From: Macrostomum lignano
Lineage: Eukaryota
DNA length: 33,722 nucleotides
Assembly (NCBI GenBank): GCA_002269645.1
Contig: NIVC01004839.1
Location: 1 to 33,722 of the forward strand
Reading direction: 5' to 3'
A program made the translations under genes and the position numbers. Below are positions 32,797-33,722 of this stretch, piece by piece. The notes under the pieces are model-generated. The model was given only the letters and a program-made list of their open reading frames with translations, was not told the origin of the DNA and ran no database searches. Numbering within the stretch: the first letter of the stretch is position 1; every line of letters begins with the position of its first letter.

Positions 32797-32822
32797 TTCT
32801 TAGACCCTAGCCGCTAGGCCAG

Positions 32823-33178
32823 ACCCTATTTAAACCTCCAACCCCGGTGCCTCCTCCCAAGGAGACCAAGAAGGCTCTGCTGTGGCCGGCCGTCCCCGCC
32901 GCCGGCGCACTTCATCCTGCGTACGCCGAAGAACTCAACCGTAACGCCGCCCAACATGGCCGGCCTGCAGTTGAAACAGCTGCTCCGCCGCGAACGCCGC
33001 CGCCGCCGCCGCGGCTGCCACCAACGTCCGCCGACGCTCGCTGTTGCACCCGCCGCCGCCATCGCCGTCCATCTCGGCTGCCTCATCGTCGGCGCATTCG
33101 ATGCAGCAACAGCAGCCGCAGCAGCAGCAGCAGCCGCAGACTAGCGTCAGCTGGAATGCCTGCATAGTAATCGTGTAG
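32823..33178 (+). CDS. GPCR terminal exon: low-complexity Pro/Gln-rich C-tail (probable frameshift near 33050)
   Basis: In-frame acceptors at 32810 or 32822 give TLFKPPTPVPPPKETKKALLW... A shifted frame gives SISAASSSAHSMQQQQPQQQQQPQTSVSWNACIVIV* (stop 33176-33178). The unshifted frame stops at 33167. Confidence 0.6.
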
Positions 33179-33234
33179 AACTCGCCCAGCAACTGTGCCA
33201 GATGAGGCTCCGTGTGAAACATTAAAAAAGTGTA

Positions 33235-33240
33235 AATAAA
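33235..33240 (+). promoter_or_regulatory. Candidate polyadenylation signal AATAAA of the GPCR gene
   Basis: Canonical hexamer ~57 bp after the predicted stop, followed by T/GT-rich sequence. Confidence 0.55.
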
Positions 33241-33722
33241 ACCTGCTAAGACTCGGTTAAAAATGAATATGAAAGCTCTGATTGTTGTCTCTTGGTTTGT
33301 TTGTGCATGCCGCTTTAAATTAACCAGCTGTTGTCGTGTGCTCCCATTCGCTGTTTTTTGAAGCTTTTCGATTTAAGAATTTATTAGATCAGTGTATAAA
33401 AAATATGTTTTAGCAAGGATTTTTTGTTGGATTATTTTATTAAGTAAATATGCACTACTTATTACTGTTACGTTCGTACTATCAGTAGTTGCCTCAGAGA
33501 ATTGCACCTTGTAAAAAATTTCTAACTAGTCAGCAAGCGGCCTTTTACTATGCAAAATTAAAATATATTTTATTTTGAAATTAGTGACTGATTATGAGCT
33601 GTATCCACCTTCCGGACAATAAATTTGTAATAGCATTTGTCACTGTTTTTGTAAGTGACCCGAGTTTCTTGGTAAGCCATGCGCATTCACCGAAGATTCA
33701 CGCAAGCCCATTCACACATGCC

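Overview
Eukaryotic (animal) genomic DNA, not prokaryotic. It has GC-rich spliced exons, minisatellite-filled introns and AT-rich transposon graveyards. The style most resembles a Macrostomum-type flatworm; that assignment is inference only. Two genes diverge across the window. (1) Minus strand: the last two exons (2584-2932, 1325-1706) of an uncharacterised protein with a DNPF motif, a twice-repeated RPGSQLD motif and a C-terminal KKACCTVM CaaX box. (2) Plus strand: a multi-exon class A orphan GPCR (firm exons 27638-33178, tentative N-terminal exons at 23769 and 26539). Between them lie two tRNA/CORE-type SINE copies, two decayed mariners, a Helitron-like end and a 1.83 kb Gypsy LTR element reduced to integrase only. 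There is also a degenerate foldback, a 555-bp MITE with an 8-bp TSD, an RTE LINE fragment with a probable solo LTR in its tail, and a Penelope-like fragment in a GPCR intron. About ten different tandem arrays are present (units of 12-42 bp). The most striking signal is a ~13 kb domain with near-total CpG loss plus CpA/TpG->TpA changes. These changes can be read at reconstructable sites (PBS, LTR pair, mariner codons and TIRs) and look RIP-like. Both genes carry single-base frameshifts and local duplications that look like long-read consensus errors, so exon boundaries and frames are manual reconstructions. Most long ORFs in the supplied track are repeat artefacts.
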